A stretch of 63,116 bases of DNA, filler included, from Globobulimina sp. (Eukaryota), in assembly GCA_003354225.1 (NCBI GenBank). It is 55 parts of 55 records of this genome, joined end to end, with 100 filler letters (N's around TTAATTAATTAA, not from the genome) between each part and the next. Parts side by side here need not be neighbours in the genome. Positions count along the whole stretch, not along the records: positions 62,069 to 63,116 come from PIVH01024873.1; 54 more parts are not named here. One strand, given 5' to 3'. A program made the position numbers and the translations under genes. The notes below the pieces were generated by a model. That model was not told the origin of the DNA. It was given only the letters and a program-made list of their open reading frames with translations, and made no database searches. The stretch's first letter is position 1. Each line of letters opens with the position of its first letter. Positions 62,069 through 63,116 of the stretch are shown one piece after another.

Positions 62069-63116
62069 TAACTACTTTAACTGTAGCGGGTAATGAAATC
62101 ATAATAGTGATTGTACTGTAAAGTGATCTACTTCTATGATCTAGACCGACTAAATACATATGATGACCTCAAACAACAAAACCCATGTAAGCCATAACAT
62201 AAATAGCTCAAATTAAATGATGTTTTGAAGCAACCCTTCTAGTATTTAGAAATGGTAATGTCATATTTATAATACCAAAAGTAGGAATAATTAAAACATA
62301 AACCTCAGGATGCCCAAAAAATCAAAATAAATGTTGAAATAAAACTGTATCACCACCATAAACAAATTCAAAAAAAGTTGTTTGTCAATGCCTATCCATC
62401 AATAGCATAAACATTGATGCACCAAGTACAGGAGTAATAATTGCAAGCATTCTAAGTGTTAGCAATAAAGCGATTGTTATAAATGGTAATAAAATTCTTC
62501 TATTTCGAAGACCTGGCATTGAAAGTGTTCTTCTAGTAATCAATAAATTAGTAAAAGAAATTGTTGAACTAATTCCTGCAAGTATTACAGCTACAATTAA
62601 TAAATCTTGACTACCTATACAAGTATATTCAGTATTACATGAAAATGGTGTTATAAATGCTCACCCTGCAGTTACTGATGTTCTATCAGGACATTTACTA
62701 ATATAAGTTTTTTTACGTTTTACACCCGTTAGTTTTAAAGTAGATGAAAATAACGATTCTGGATAATTAACTATATTACCCCAAAAAAACATTTTTAATG
62801 ATTGCGTTGGAAAACCTCTTCTATCATCATAATGAATTGTATGGAATTTATTAGGCTCCTCTCTAGGATTTATAGTAACAATTTTACCTGTTCTACGGTT
62901 GTAAAATTTATAAATTCTATCAAAAAATGGAACAAATGATGGTACAAACTCATCAGATTCTTTAAAATTATTTCTTAAAATTTTTTTTTCAAAAATAGGG
63001 TAATAATAAATTGTTCTGTCATAATATTTTCAAAATTGTTTCCGTAGAACAGCTGTTTTAACAACTAATAAAAAAGCAAATGGTTGAATTCAAAAACCTA
63101 TACTATTTAATCTAGG
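62069..63116 (-). CDS. cox1: Ciliate mitochondrial cytochrome c oxidase subunit 1, internal fragment, TGA=Trp
   Basis: The frame from 63116 is open across the contig if TGA=Trp: PRLNSIGFWIQP, a long insertion, AGWAFITPF, TNLLITRRTL, DRHW, HLFWFFGHPEVY, VWGHHMYLVGLD. Confidence 0.97.

Overview
This window is not a contiguous locus. It is an artificial concatenation of 55 unrelated contigs of about 1.05 kb, ordered by decreasing length (1051 to 1048 bp) and joined by 100-nt linkers (N44-TTAATTAATTAA-N44, stops in all six frames). Gene neighbourhood is therefore meaningful only within a contig. Most contigs are AT-rich eukaryotic nuclear DNA with short GT-AG introns. They carry SMU1, ZW10, DNAAF5, UBE2D, calmodulin, DNase II, P4- and P1B-ATPases, kinases, phosphatases, zinc fingers and an AIG1 GTPase. 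The expanded families look rhizarian/foraminiferan, which is inference. Mixed in are bacterial contigs (MNT-HEPN pair plus serC, a Ser/Thr kinase, a WD40 protein, rhodanese/Nudix), one phage-like contig, a ciliate mitochondrial cox1 fragment read with TGA=Trp, four LINE fragments, DNA-transposon remnants and a 50-bp satellite. Several contigs are chimeric, as expected for whole-genome-amplified material. I cannot support a complete new multi-gene system from these fragments. The best non-annotated signals are a Penelope-type minimal hammerhead ribozyme motif (45017-45057), a 64-nt miniature tRNA-like cloverleaf (59552-59615), a 165-bp TA-flanked MITE (20800-20964) and a 931-bp cyclic unit containing a 189-bp hairpin (8053-9102).
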